NCBI GenBank assembly: GCA_965178125.1
Contig: OZ237756.1
Location: forward strand, 806,001-870,000
Origin: Bilabrum cf. latius
Lineage: Eukaryota
Reading direction: 5' to 3'
Length of the DNA stretch: 64,000 nt
Every line of letters starts with the position of its first letter. The stretch's first letter is position 1. Below are positions 1 to 11,461 of the stretch, in pieces. A program made the translations under genes and the position numbers. Under the pieces are notes generated by a model. That model did not search any database, was not told where the DNA came from, and saw only the letters and a program-made list of their open reading frames with translations.

Positions 1-415
1 ATTTTTTGAATATTTCTTGTGCTAGTTCAAAATCACTTGTTAAAAAGACTGCTCTATGTTCTGCTTTCTATAACCAATTTTTCTTTACAGACTCAATACT
101 TTTTTTCATAAGTTCAAATTTTAATAATTTAGCCGTTGATAAGTCCCCTCTTCGTTCTGCTTCGTTTAGGTATAAAACCTGTTTGGTGTCAGCATTAACT
201 TTAAGGACTTCATCTAAATCAACTAATAGAATATTCGGGTCTATAGACGTTAAACTTTTGTTAAGTGAACTTTTACCTCCTTTTCGTGGAAGGACTAAAC
301 ACAATTTTTTACGATTCGCAAGTGAGGAACATAAGTTCCAAAGGAAGCATCCCGCATATCCTAGAGGAACCAACACCCCACCAACCGTGCTTGCTGTTGC
401 TACTAACTCTGCCAT
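1..415 (-). CDS. Viral P-loop-like protein (possible nucleotide-kinase fold), 3' end outside window
   Basis: ATG at 415 after a TATATA tract; degenerate P-loop LVLPRKGGKSS and ILLVDLD; frame stays open past the TAG at 68-70 to the window edge. Confidence 0.6.
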
Positions 416-460
416 TATATATATCTATACAAAACAAAATATTATTATCCTATAGACTAA

Positions 461-2539
461 TTATTTTAATAATCTTAGTTTTTCAAAGTGTTGATATAAG
501 ATTTGTTTTACCTTGTCCTTCACATTATGATTACCTTTACCACCGGCTATATTAAAATATTCTTGTTCAATTTGTCCTCCTTTATGCTTGCCACATCCAC
601 AACTACCGCCCCTATTCTATGTTTTTATTTTCTAATCAATAATTAAATTAATAGCTTTCATTAACATATTATAAGGGTCTTTATTTCCAAAACCTTGAGC
701 TGGTGGTGAATATGTCCATTGAGGCTTCCCGCTTAATTCATATCCCGTATCGTTTAGTCTTGATTTTGCTAATGTTCTATCACTTCTGGTTGCTCTTCCT
801 TCTGTATTTGCTCTAGCTACTAAAGACCTAACAGCATCAGTTGATAAATTAGGTTGTAAGACTCCGGCTTTAAGCCTTCGTATAATATATTTTAAAGTGT
901 TAATTGTTGGGCTGGCGTCTGTTGGATTTATTCCTCTTGCTTTTAACTATGATAATATTTCATTTTTATTGCCTTTAGCATTTATTGATTGTCCTATTGA
1001 TTTGGCTATTTCATCATCTGTTTTCTGTGGTTCTTGTGGTTCTGCTGGTTCTTGTGCTGGTTCTGCTGGTTGTGCTTGTTGTGCTGGTTCTACGGCTTCT
1101 CCATCTCTTGGTTCTTCATCTGGGGCTCCCCTCCGTTCTCTAGCTTGTCTTTCTTTTTCTTCTTGTTGTCTTTGTGCTTCATCTCGTTCTGCCTGTGCTT
1201 GTCTTTGTCTGAATTGAACTTCTGTAAGTTGTCTTCCAAATTCATCTGTAATAGGTTCTCCATCTTCATCTACTGCCATCGCTTCACCTTTTCCTCTGTC
1301 TTGACCTGCGGGGGGTGCTTGTGGTTGTGAGCCTGTTTTTCCTGTTAAATAACTGATACCATCCATAACCGATTGTCCTAAAGAACCAAATGTGCTTTGT
1401 TGTTGTTCTGGTGATTGTCCTTGTTCTTGTTCTGGTGATTGTCCTTGTGGTTCTGGTGATGCTTGTAAGAATCCACTAGGTGGAACTGGTGCGGGTGATA
1501 CTTTTGAAAACTAGCCTGATAAATTTCTACTGGCGTTCTCCCCTTCTTCTTCTTGTCCTGATGATTGTGATGCCTCTTGTTCTTGTGCTTTTTGTTTAAG
1601 TTCTGATAATTTCTTCTAAGCACTTTTTATAAAATCAACTTTAGACCGTCCTTTTACACCTTTAACATTTGACTCTCTAAGTATTTTTGCTAGTTCGGTT
1701 TTCTTTGGTGCTTTTCTACTACTTGAAGGATTGGCGTTTGCTACTCTTTCAAGTGCTTCAATTTGTTCTTGTAGTTCTGGGCTTAATGCTTCTTGTGGTG
1801 TTGGAGGGGGTTTTGGTCTTGGTTCTGGTGGCGGTTGCGGGTTATCTGGTTCAGGTCTATCAGGTTGCGGGTCATCTCTTTGCTATTGTTGAACGGCTTC
1901 AGGAGGATTTAAAACATCCTATAAAGCATTAACAGCGTCATCAACTTTTGTTAATTGTGAAACATTCTATCCTTGGGGGGTTTTCGTGATTCCAGCTTGT
2001 CGTAAAGCGTTTCGTATTTGAACTGCTTTTAATCCTCTCATATCGCTTGGTAATTGTTCTAATACTGCGTCCCGTTGTGCTTTAGTGGTTGTAAATAATC
2101 TCATATTAATATTTTTAATTCCATCAAATACCTTTTTCTTATCGCTTGCTGGTCCTACTACCTACCTTACATTAATATTATTAATGGTATCTACAACCTA
2201 TCTTTTTAATTTATCCGGTAAATCTGGATTTCTATTTATAAATGATTGTAAATTTTCTATTTGATAAATTGGTAATTCTTTTTTAGCGTTCATAGTCTTA
2301 ATATTTTTAATAATATTTTCAATTCCTTGTTGTTGTTGTTGTCTTTCAATTCTAACATCAATAGGAACATAATTAGCACGAAGGAAAGCATCATCTTTTA
2401 GGGTTTTTCTTCTGGCTTCTGCTTCATCTTCTTCTTGCTATATCATTAATCTAACTTGTGGGTCATTTTGTATCCTAAGTTGATTAGACCGTTTCTACAT
2501 AATACCCTTCAGTAAATCATTAATTGTATTGTTTGACAT
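461..2539 (-). CDS. Viral 692-aa Q/P/E-rich low-complexity protein, putative virion core/structural protein
   Basis: One frame from ATG 2539 to TAA 461 interrupted only by TAG; includes track ORF 947-1366; C-terminal RGG/KGG/AGG motifs. Confidence 0.8.
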
Positions 2540-2616
2540 TGTATATATATATTATTAATGATATAATTAATAATTTATAAACTTAAGAGATAATATGTCA
2601 ATTGGTAGGCTGTCTT

Positions 2617-3006
2617 TTAAAATGAAATATCCTTATTCATAAGGTCGTGTTTCTTTATAAAGGAATTGCTGGCTTTCATAGTCATTCCCTTTTGACGGCA
2701 CCATTTCATTAATTTATCCCTCTTTAACTATTTAGCACTACGGGGCTTTTTAGCTTTAGGGGCTTTCTTTGAACCCTTCTTTTTTCCTCCAGCAAGATAA
2801 TTGGGACCTCCAGCGAGAACGTTCGGCTATCCACCAAGAAGGTTCAAAGCTCCCCCTTTTGTCTTTCCTTTTGTGGTTGCGTTTAATATTTGGTTTGCTG
2901 TATCTTCAACCATTTTATCAATTTCTTTTTTATAATCATTTCTGTTTATTCCAAGATGATGAAGGCTTTTATTTGTCATATCATTTATGCTCTATTTAAC
3001 GCTCAT
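2617..3006 (-). CDS. Viral small basic protein (129 aa) with repeated LxGG motifs; putative DNA-condensing core protein
   Basis: With TAG=Q it reads MSVKQSIND...KTKGG-ALNLLGG-QPNVLAGG-PNYLAGG-KKKGSKKAPKAKKPRSAKQ...; ends TAA; absent from the ORF track. Confidence 0.75.
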
Positions 3007-3063
3007 ATTATTGTATATATTGGGTATATATAATTTGTTATTTATCCATACTTATAATATATA

Positions 3064-3879
3064 ATGAAAATTAATGAATTGACACAAGCTTATTTTAATG
3101 AATACGAGAACGATATATTTGATGAGGTGAATTTTAAGAAGGGGGCTAATTTATTTTTAAATGGTTCGTATGCTATTCCTTATTATTCCTTGTTTGCTAG
3201 TGATATAGATTTATATTAGAGGGTAGAGCCTGAATTTATAAATAGTTTAATAAGATTTGTAAAGGTTTTTATAAGTTAGGTTAATTTTTTTGAGGTTAAA
3301 GCTGGTAATAAAAAATACAAGACCATAAAAGCATTCATATCTACACCCGTTAAAACCATTTATAAATAGATATTTAGCGGAGATAAACCATACTTAAAAA
3401 TTGATTTTTGGGCTTTTGATGGAAAATTTATAGATGAAATAAGCATAATTTATCATATAAGTGATTATGAAATAGATTAGGACGATGTAAAAGATGGATT
3501 AATAAGAGATGTAGATAAATATTTTGGTTCTAATAATTTTAAAGTATTAAAACGATTGAAGGATTTATTTAAATTAAGAGGTGAGAAGAGGAATGAAAAA
3601 AGAGTCAATGATTTAATTGATAGGGAAGCATTAGGATATTTATATTCCATAAGAATGCGATTAGAAAGTATGCTAAGAATAAAAGGACATCAAAGCGAGA
3701 AGTCAAAATCATTTCAAAGCCTAAAAGGACTAATGAGAAAAGCATTAGGAAATGTGGAAATAATAAAACAATTTTCAAAGTATTCTAAAGCAAATATTAA
3801 TAAGATAATATCGTGGATTGACCAATACATAAATAGGAAAACACGGGCGGAAATTAAAAATATAATTATGTCTCTATAA
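3064..3879 (+). CDS. Pol-beta-superfamily nucleotidyltransferase-like protein (resembles the conserved virophage Sputnik V21-type 'transferase')
   Basis: LNGSYAIPYYSLFASDIDLY (GS...DxD) and a later KIDF strand; single frame with TAG read-through; ends TAA 3879. Confidence 0.75.
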
Positions 3880-3971
3880 CTTTTTTTGTGAGGAAGGATA
3901 GAAGAAGGAACCAACTTAATATTTTAAACCCGTGTGAATAAATGGTTTATTTTATTTTATTATTATATATA

Positions 3972-5040
3972 ATGCTATCTTTACAATATACGGAAAATAG
4001 CCATATTGTAGCTATTCAAAAATACAAAAAAACACAATAGAACCGGTTTATTTATTACGACCCGAACGCTAAAGATATTCAACACGTCAAAGCGGAAGAG
4101 ATAACAGATGATGTTTTAAAATCTTATTACGGAGAAAGCCGAGTAAGATATAACGTTGATAAGGACAAGAAAAGGGAACAATTACATAAACTATTACAAG
4201 ATGAATATATACGGTCAGTTTAGGAATTTGCGATTAAAGATAATAGTCAATATTTACCTTTTCCTATGCTCTTTCCATAGGGGCGTGAATATGTGCGATT
4301 ATTTGGTAAGAGTGGAAGCGGGAAAAGTCATTTAGCTTTACATTATATAAGGATGTATAGAGGATTAAAATATAAAAATATGTATGTTATATCACCAATT
4401 CAAGACCCTAAATATAAAAGAGAAGGCGCGACCTTCATTGATATAGATGATTTGGTTAAAGAGAATGAAAACACTTTATATAAGGAAAAAATGGCTTATT
4501 ATAAAAAAATGAAATTATTTTAAATATAAAAAATCTTCTTTGATGAAATCTAAACCTTTAGATGTTGTTATTGAAGCTGAAAGAAAGATAGAGGATTTGA
4601 AACCTGAGAAAGATTTAATAGAAAAAGGTTTTAAATTAAATGTTGAGTTTTTTAAAAAATTGACCGCTGAACCTAATTTATTTATTCTGGATGATTACGA
4701 AGGCTTTAAAAAAAGGAACCAGAAAGCAAAGGCTTATTTTTTATTGGAAATCCTAGCAACTACAGGAAGGCACACAGCAAGTAGCGTTTTAGACATCACC
4801 CACAAAATAAGCGACGGTATGAAGACACGAACCATTATGAACGAAATTACAACCCATATCATTTATAAAACAATTACAGCTAAAAGTTTAAAATATATTT
4901 TAGAAACAGTCTTAAGTTTTGACGCTCCTACTAGAAAACGAATTAAAAAAACCCTTCATTCTCTCCCTCTCTTTGGTTATGTTGCTATTAATGTTGATAA
5001 TAATTATGTAGTTAGCACAAAAAAAATATTTCTCTATTGA
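3972..5040 (+). CDS. A32/FtsK-HerA-type genome packaging ATPase (contains a +1 frame break at ~4518-4523)
   Basis: Walker A GKSGSGKS, Walker B LFILDD and the GRH motif followed by ITH; Walker A and Walker B lie in different frames, joined at TTA TTT TAA. Confidence 0.88.
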
Positions 5041-5048
5041 ATATATAA

Positions 5049-5624
5049 ATGAACATAAACGACTTAAATAGACTAGTCCAAACACCGTTATCTCCTTTAG
5101 AAATTCAAAAATTAGGTGTAGCACATTTGAATTACAAACCTAGAATAGTTATTTACGATGATATTATTAAATAGACCTCATCTATTGAACATATTTTTGA
5201 TGGTTATGACGGCGTAATTATTTATTATCCTAATAAAAAGACGGGACTAAATAGCACATACGGTCATTTCATTTCATTGACCAGAAAACCATCAAGCAAA
5301 ATAATATACTTCTTTGATAGCTATGGAGAAAAACCCGACCAATAGAAACCATTTATTAATAGAGACCAATTGTATCAAGGAGAAGGAGAAGAAAATACGC
5401 TGGTAAAGTATTTAATTGATTAGAAAATGGAAGGTTGGAAAATTGATTATAATCATAAACCGATTTAGAGTTATGCTAACAACAGCGCTACGTGTGGAAG
5501 ATGGGCTCTATTAAGAAACGCTTTTTCTTTCTTATCAAATGATTAGTTTGTAAATGAAATGTTTAGAATATCCAAAATTATGGCTCTTAGTCCTGATTAG
5601 TTAGTGGCGTTGCTTCTACATTGA
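5049..5624 (+). CDS. Adenain-like (clan CE) capsid maturation cysteine protease, 191 aa
   Basis: YGHFISL (His), YFFDSYG (Asp), YNHKPI[TAG]SYANNSATCGRW (oxyanion Gln and Cys); ends TGA; absent from the ORF track because of TAGs. Confidence 0.92.
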
Positions 5625-5826
5625 ATACTCCGACCATCTAATAAAAGGGCTAGAATAAAATAATAAAATATGATTATCTCTAAAATAAAATCCATACGAT
5701 GGCTATATCCACAAATTGCGTATATATTATAGTGTTTTCTAGCAAAACGTGGATGTAGGGCCTCTTGTGAAGGTGAAATGAAGATATAAGCCCTTTTATT
5801 TAGAAAAGTTCCATCGTTTTAGAAGG
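5623..5826 (+). repeat. Dispersed conserved non-coding element, copy 1 of 4 (candidate structured RNA)
   Basis: Blocks ATACGATGGCTATATCCACAAATTGCG, GCAAAACGTGGATGTAGGGCCTCTTGTGAAGG and AGTTCCATC..TTTAGAAGG recur inverted at ~10153, ~17778 and ~21904. Confidence 0.85.
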
Positions 5827-5960
5827 GCAATTTTTCATCCATCTAAATTCAATCAAACTTTTAAATATATTGGTAAAAGTGAAGGGTAAAAATCAAGATG
5901 AAATATTAGATAAGGTTTATTAATAAATATTTATTTGTATAGCTTTAATATATAAATAAA

Positions 5961-6914
5961 ATGAGTTATAGCGATGAATTTGTAAGATTGAATTTAGTTA
6001 GTTCATCTGTCCCCCACAATTAGACGAGATAGGCGGTAGTGAATGAAACCCGTGAAGGCTTAATATTAAAACAAAGTGAAAATTATTTAACGGCTGTTGA
6101 AGAGATGGATTTAAATAAATTTATGCTACCGGTGTTTAAACCTGAATATTAGGATGACAGCGGTAAAACCTATTTAAAATTTACTCTTGAGAATAAAACA
6201 TCAGGAGCCAGAGCAGGCGATTATATAGTTCTAGGTAAAAAAGCTAAATTTTATTATTCATATTAGGATATTGTAAATGAATTTAATGAAGAGTTAAGCC
6301 GAATTTGTGATTTGGTAAGCCTTCCAAGTGGTGATAAACCAGTCTTTAAATTTGAAAATAATAAATGGAGTTTATCAACAACTGAAGATTTTAGAGATAA
6401 TTATTATTTATTTGTTAATTTTGAAGCTTTTGCTTTATTTGATAAATTTGAATATGAAGGAATAACAACCACACCGAGTGATTTATTTGCTAAACTTTCA
6501 TATAATAATTCCCCTGCTAGTGGTGATTATGTTTTTATGGCTAGATAGACGAATTTAAATTCTTGGTGCCCTGTTAAATCTATTATCGTAGAAAGTGATA
6601 TTCCAGTGAATAAAGAATTGGTGACCACAAAATCATCTACTGGTGGCTCTATAGCCGTCAATAAATCCCCTATATTAACCAGCTACCCGTATAATCCTAA
6701 TGACAGCTCACCAATAGAAAATATATTATATGTTTCTAATCCTTACCGCTGGTATTCAATGATGAAGGATAGAAGCTTTAAGAGCGTGTCAATGGCGTTC
6801 TACTGGGTTGATAAACAAAATGAAAAGTATCCCGTAATGAATTTTAACGGGGGTGAAGCTCACATTAAACAAGTATTTAAAAAACAAACCGATAATTTAA
6901 GTTTAGATTTTTAA
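5961..6914 (+). CDS. Virophage minor capsid (penton) protein, 317 aa
   Basis: Motifs VNETREGLIL...LPVFKP, YYSY, WCPVKSIIVESDIPV, NPYRW and FYWVDK; lies directly upstream of the MCP; joins track ORFs 6312 and 6606 via TAG. Confidence 0.85.
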
Positions 6915-6985
6915 ATAAATTATAGAAGATTATAAAATATGTTTAGATATTAAAAAATTTATATCTATAGTGTATATATAAAAAA

Positions 6986-8875
6986 ATGGCTCAACAAATG
7001 GTTCAGAATTTACCAGTAAGCATTAAGGCTCCTAAAAGCCTTCAAATGATAACCCCTGAAGATGCTAGTTTAGGAACAGAACTAGGTGTTCAAAAATATA
7101 CCCGCCGAGAAATTAGACCATCATCTAATCAATCTAATTCTCTTCTTCCCCTTTCTTTCCCCGTTAATCCTACTAGTAAAACCGTATCAAGGTTTATTCG
7201 TCTTCGTCATCGTATGACAGTTAGGCTACAACTAGAGCAAGCAGTACCAGCTCAAACTGCGGGAGGTGATGCTATTACCGCTCAATCTTATCTTAAATCT
7301 AGGTTTGGAACTAATTCATTACCTACCTTTAAAATGCTTCAAGGTGGTGTTTTAACAATTAATGGATAGCCTTTTACAGTAAAAGTTTATGAATGGGCTG
7401 AACCTACTGAAGTTATGAACAGTGAAGAAACCTTATCCACAATCTCACCCGTTGGACGCCCTGACACTGTTGGTGATTATCGTGAAGTAAGTGATACCCT
7501 TAAAAATCCTTTAGCTTGGGGTTAGGATGTTGGATATAGTGCCGGTGATAGCTTTAGTTATCGTGGAGCATATGGGAATGCTTTTACGACTGTAAGTGCT
7601 GATTTCGTTGCGGGTAATAGAGACCAAATTGATTGGACTATTGATTTTCAAGAAGCTATACCACTAAAAGGAGCAGATGTTGATGTGAATGCTAAATATT
7701 TCACCGGTGTGAGAAGCCTTCAGGTTGATTTAGATTATCACGTAAATGCCATTCAAAGACTGTGTAAGGCTAGTTTTACAAAAGATAACGGAGATATTAA
7801 CAAAATAACGGGTTAGTCAATTATAGGAGAAACAAATACGACCCTTCTTGTTGATGAAGTTGAATTTTAGAGTGGATACGCCCCCCCGACTCGTTGTATG
7901 TATAATATGCCTACAATTAAATTTTAGTCTTAGGCGCCTGTCCCTGTACCTAAATCCGCAACTGAAAATTCTTTAACTTCTTTTGATTATCAATTATCCC
8001 GTGAGAATGGTATCCCTAGTGCTATTATGGTATGTGCCCGCCTTGTTGGTTGTGATGATAACCCTAACTGGGCTAATAGAACTTTACCAATTAGAAGAAT
8101 AGGTTTCTCACTCAATGGAAGCGCTGAGGAATTAGGGGCTGTAGATAATCCACACGAATTATATAGAATTAGTAGAAAGAACGGATATGCTCTTCCTCCT
8201 TCATCCTTTTATGGTTCATCAATTGATGGAAGTGATGGAAACCGCGGTACTGGTTGCTATATGATTTTAAAACCTTCAGATGTTGCTACACTTGCTGGTG
8301 TTCAATCTAATGTAAATACTGGATTTAATCTTAAAGTTAATCTTTAGTGCTTCAACCCTTATAATAAATATGCGGATGGTGCGTATGAGGATAAATACGA
8401 GGTAAAAGTATGGATGTTTTATGATAATGTTCTTGTGAATGATAACGGTGTCTATACTGAGGCTGGCGCCCTTATTGAGCCTTCTAAAGTGCTTTCTGAA
8501 CTTGCTAAACGTGGTGATGCTGAAAGTGGTTCTAAAGGTTTCTAGCCTGTATTTGAGGATTTAGATAATTATGCTAATGTTATGGGTGGAAAAGGTCGTT
8601 TCTGGTCTAAGATTGGACGAGCCTTTAAACACGGATGGAACAAGGTTAAAGATTGGGCAAAAAGTGATTAGGCTAAAAACCTAGCGAAAACCATTAGGAA
8701 TATAGGACCACTCAAAAGTCTAACAGGAGACAATAGTGCTCTTGGCAAAGCGGCGGCACATTATGGATATGGAAATAGTGGAGGAGAATTGAATAAACTT
8801 GGTGGAAAACTTACGATGCGTGGAGGTGCGGCAATGAAAACAGACGATCTTGAGGCCCTTTTAAGCACATCTTAA
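6986..8875 (+). CDS. Virophage major capsid protein (double jelly-roll), 629 aa with a probably cleavable C-terminal extension
   Basis: One frame from ATG 6986 to TAA 8873 with only TAG interruptions; virophage-like segments LTING[Q]P, LPIRRIGFSLNG, ELYRISRKNG and NLKVNL[Q]CFNP; tail rich in GG motifs. Confidence 0.9.
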
Positions 8876-8876
8876 A

Positions 8877-8894
8877 CGTTTAAAATGACTTAAA
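8877..8894 (+). promoter_or_regulatory. Putative viral early-promoter motif YGTTTAAAATRRYTTAAA (also 9483-9500+, 10978-10995-, 11415-11432+, 14809-14826-, 17646-17663-)
   Basis: Six copies, each ending 28-30 nt upstream of a predicted ATG on the matching strand. Confidence 0.75.
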
Positions 8895-8922
8895 TATATA
8901 TTAACTAACTAATATATATCAA

Positions 8923-9213
8923 ATGGAAAAGTTAAATAAAATTATTGAGAATCTACCGCCTACACACGATGTCTATATCCAGACAGAAATTGATGGAGTT
9001 TTGACCGTAATTTTTACAAACAGTGATTAGGTAAAAGAAATCACCAATCAATTAAAAAAAGACAGTAGAGAGAAGCTATTATATCTCAAATATTCAACCT
9101 ATAAATGTATTATTTAGACGAGGAATAAGTATAGAGATGATGACATTGTACTTCATTATTTGGCTGTTTGTCTATTAGAAAAGAAACCCATTCAATTATA
9201 TAAGGCAAGATAA
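8923..9213 (+). CDS. Viral hypothetical protein (96 aa)
   Basis: ATG 29 nt after the promoter motif; two in-frame TAG; TAA stop. Confidence 0.65.
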
Positions 9214-9264
9214 TCATTTTATTATTTATTTATACATATTAAATAAATATATGACCTGTGAATG

Positions 9265-9377
9265 ATACTTTCCAAAGTAGGTTCATACTTTCCGAAGTTG
9301 GTTCACACTTTTCAAAGTAGGTTCATACTTTCCGAAGTTGGTTCATACTTTTCAAAGTAGGTTCATACTTTCCAAAG
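9265..9377. repeat. Tandem array of ~5.5 x 20-bp units (ATACTTTYCRAAGTWGGTTC), each with an internal palindrome
   Basis: Directly visible; two alternating variants; ACTT-N4-AAGT dyad in every full unit. Confidence 0.9.
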
Positions 9378-9529
9378 AACTATTTAACCGGTCTAATTAA
9401 TTAATATTTTAATAATATTAATTAATATAATCATCTATATCAATAGTGTCTATTTTTTAAGCCCCTTTTTTATAATATAACGCGTTTAAAATGACTTAAA
9501 GATTATATTATATAGATATTATATAGAGA

Positions 9530-10081
9530 ATGTGTAAAAAGTGTATTGAACAAATATAGGAACATACCGGTAATATAAAATGGATGGACATTTAGAAGAA
9601 ATTAATTCATATTGGCTCAACCGTTATTCAAGGTGATAAATTGGGTAATTGTATTTGTGGGCACGAGATACGAACCGAGCACGAAATAGAGCATACCCCT
9701 AGTGGATATGTTTTTAAAGTGGGTTCTAGTTGTATAAAGTAGATGATAAAGGATAAAGAAAATCAAATTCGTAAAAAATGTTTATATAAGTGGTGTGGAA
9801 TATGTAAAAAGGATGTCGCAAGAGACCGATATAATAAGCACTGTGAAGGAATAAGACATATTGAGTTAGAAAAGAAATAGAATAAGTTAGAGGAAAAAAA
9901 GAGGAATGAAAAAAGATGTGATGTGTGTCTTTGTAAAATGCTTAGAAGTGATTGGAGGACAACCTGTAAGTCTTGTTATACGATTACAAAATATGGTAAA
10001 AAGGCGTGTAAAAAATGCGGAGTGTCTAGAATTAAAGATATGAAATATTCAATTTGTTATAAATGTCATATTGGTAAATAA
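9530..10081 (+). CDS. Viral Cys-rich multi-zinc-finger protein (183 aa)
   Basis: CICGHEI...VGSSCI motif, a C2H2-like unit and several CxxC pairs; promoter motif 30 nt upstream; TAG read-through needed. Confidence 0.78.
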
Positions 10082-10152
10082 TAATTAGATATTAATGATA
10101 AAATTAATATTTAACATATTGATGATGGGAGTTAGAAGGGGCTATATTACAA

Positions 10153-10355
10153 CCTTCTAAAGTGATGGAACTTTTGGGCTAGAAATACGTTATCAATCAA
10201 ATCATCTTCATAAAACTAATCCATCCACGTTTTGCTAAATAATACATATACTAATACGCAATTTGTGGATATAGCCATCGTATGGATTTTATAATAGAGA
10301 TAACCATATATATTTTAATATTCTAGCCCTTTTATTAGATGGTCAAGGTGTTCAA
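10153..10355 (-). repeat. Dispersed conserved non-coding element, copy 2
   Basis: Reverse-complement match to 5623-5826; the central CCTCTTGTGAAGG block is diverged. Confidence 0.85.
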
Positions 10356-10403
10356 TTATTAATAAAGATATCATATTTAATATTAGTATAAATATTAAAT
10401 TAT

Positions 10404-10949
10404 TTAGAAATCTTTTAATGCTTCTTGAAGTTGCTCTCTAAAGGCTTCTTCATCATCATCTTCATCATCTGGTTTCTCAACATTTCTATTATTATCACGT
10501 TTTTGTTTCTTCTTATTCCTCTTCTTAGTCTTTTTCTTGGGTCTTCTTGGTTCTTCTTCTTCTTCTGGTTCCTCTACTTCCTCGGGTATAAATTGACCGT
10601 ATGACAAATTAATATATTTGATGGCTTTGTCCTTCTTTTTAATTGTCATTATGGGGTCTTTACTCTCAAAATTTCCTGTATAATAAATCGGGGGCTCACT
10701 AGAAAACATATAAATGTATGGAACAAATGGATTTTTGGCACTGTCGGTTTTCATATCAGGGGTTAGATACAAACCATTTAATTCGTCTTCATCCACTAGT
10801 TCAAATTTATCTTCTACGGTATTATTAAAAAATATCCCTTTAAAAGTCTTAAAGAAGAATTGATTAATATATTTCTTGGCTTTCTTTACGGCTCCTTCTT
10901 CTAAAAGTTCCATTAATTCGCTTGGTTCATAACTCTCAAATTTTGACAT
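10404..10949 (-). CDS. Viral hypothetical protein with acidic/basic (NLS-like) C-terminus
   Basis: Intact 181-aa ORF; promoter motif 29 nt upstream. Confidence 0.75.
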   Translation of the reverse strand: MSKFESYEPSELMELLEEGAVKKAKKYINQFFFKTFKGIFFNNTVEDKFELVDEDELNGLYLTPDMKTDSAKNPFVPYIYMFSSEPPIYYTGNFESKDPIMTIKKKDKAIKYINLSYGQFIPEEVEEPEEEEEPRRPKKKTKKRNKKKQKRDNNRNVEKPDDEDDDEEAFREQLQEALKDF

Positions 10950-11041
10950 TCTATATATATTATAATAAAATAAAATCTTTAAGTCATTTTAAACGCGTCT
11001 ATTTGGCTTAAAAATAAAATATCTATAGTATATATATAAAA

Positions 11042-11383
11042 ATGGTTAAATTAAGTGATATTCAAATTGTTAGAACTCAACTTGTTAAAAACAATAAGCC
11101 CGTATATAATTTCGTGTTCCCTCCTCGTCCAGATGATGGATATAATGATTTAGAAATGAAGACTTTATTAAAAAAATATATCTAGAGGTTATTAAAACAA
11201 AAGCCCCATTTAAAAAATTATGATGCGTATGTTAGTTCTCTCTACCCCATAGGCTGGCGAACTGGTTCACCATTTAAATTAAAGGATGATGTAATGCTAT
11301 TCAGTCCTTCTTCTCGTTATACCTTCTTAAGTGATGAGCAAGTGAAGAGATTTATATTAATCCTCACTGCTCCGAAACAATAA
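11042..11383 (+). CDS. Viral hypothetical protein (113 aa)
   Basis: TATATATAAAAATG context; one in-frame TAG; TAA stop. Confidence 0.65.
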
Positions 11384-11461
11384 TTACATTTTATAATTTA
11401 AACTTTATAATATGTGTTTAAAATGGCTTAAAAATATATTAAATATAATATACTATAGGAA

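Noticed and set aside
5690-5830. Suppressor tRNA(CUA) or known ribozyme as the identity of the dispersed repeat
   Set aside because: No cloverleaf, TTCRA or CTA anticodon, and no CUGAUGA/GAAA core recognised.
9265-9377. CRISPR-like array
   Set aside because: No unique spacers; contiguous 20-bp tandem units; no cas genes; eukaryotic context.
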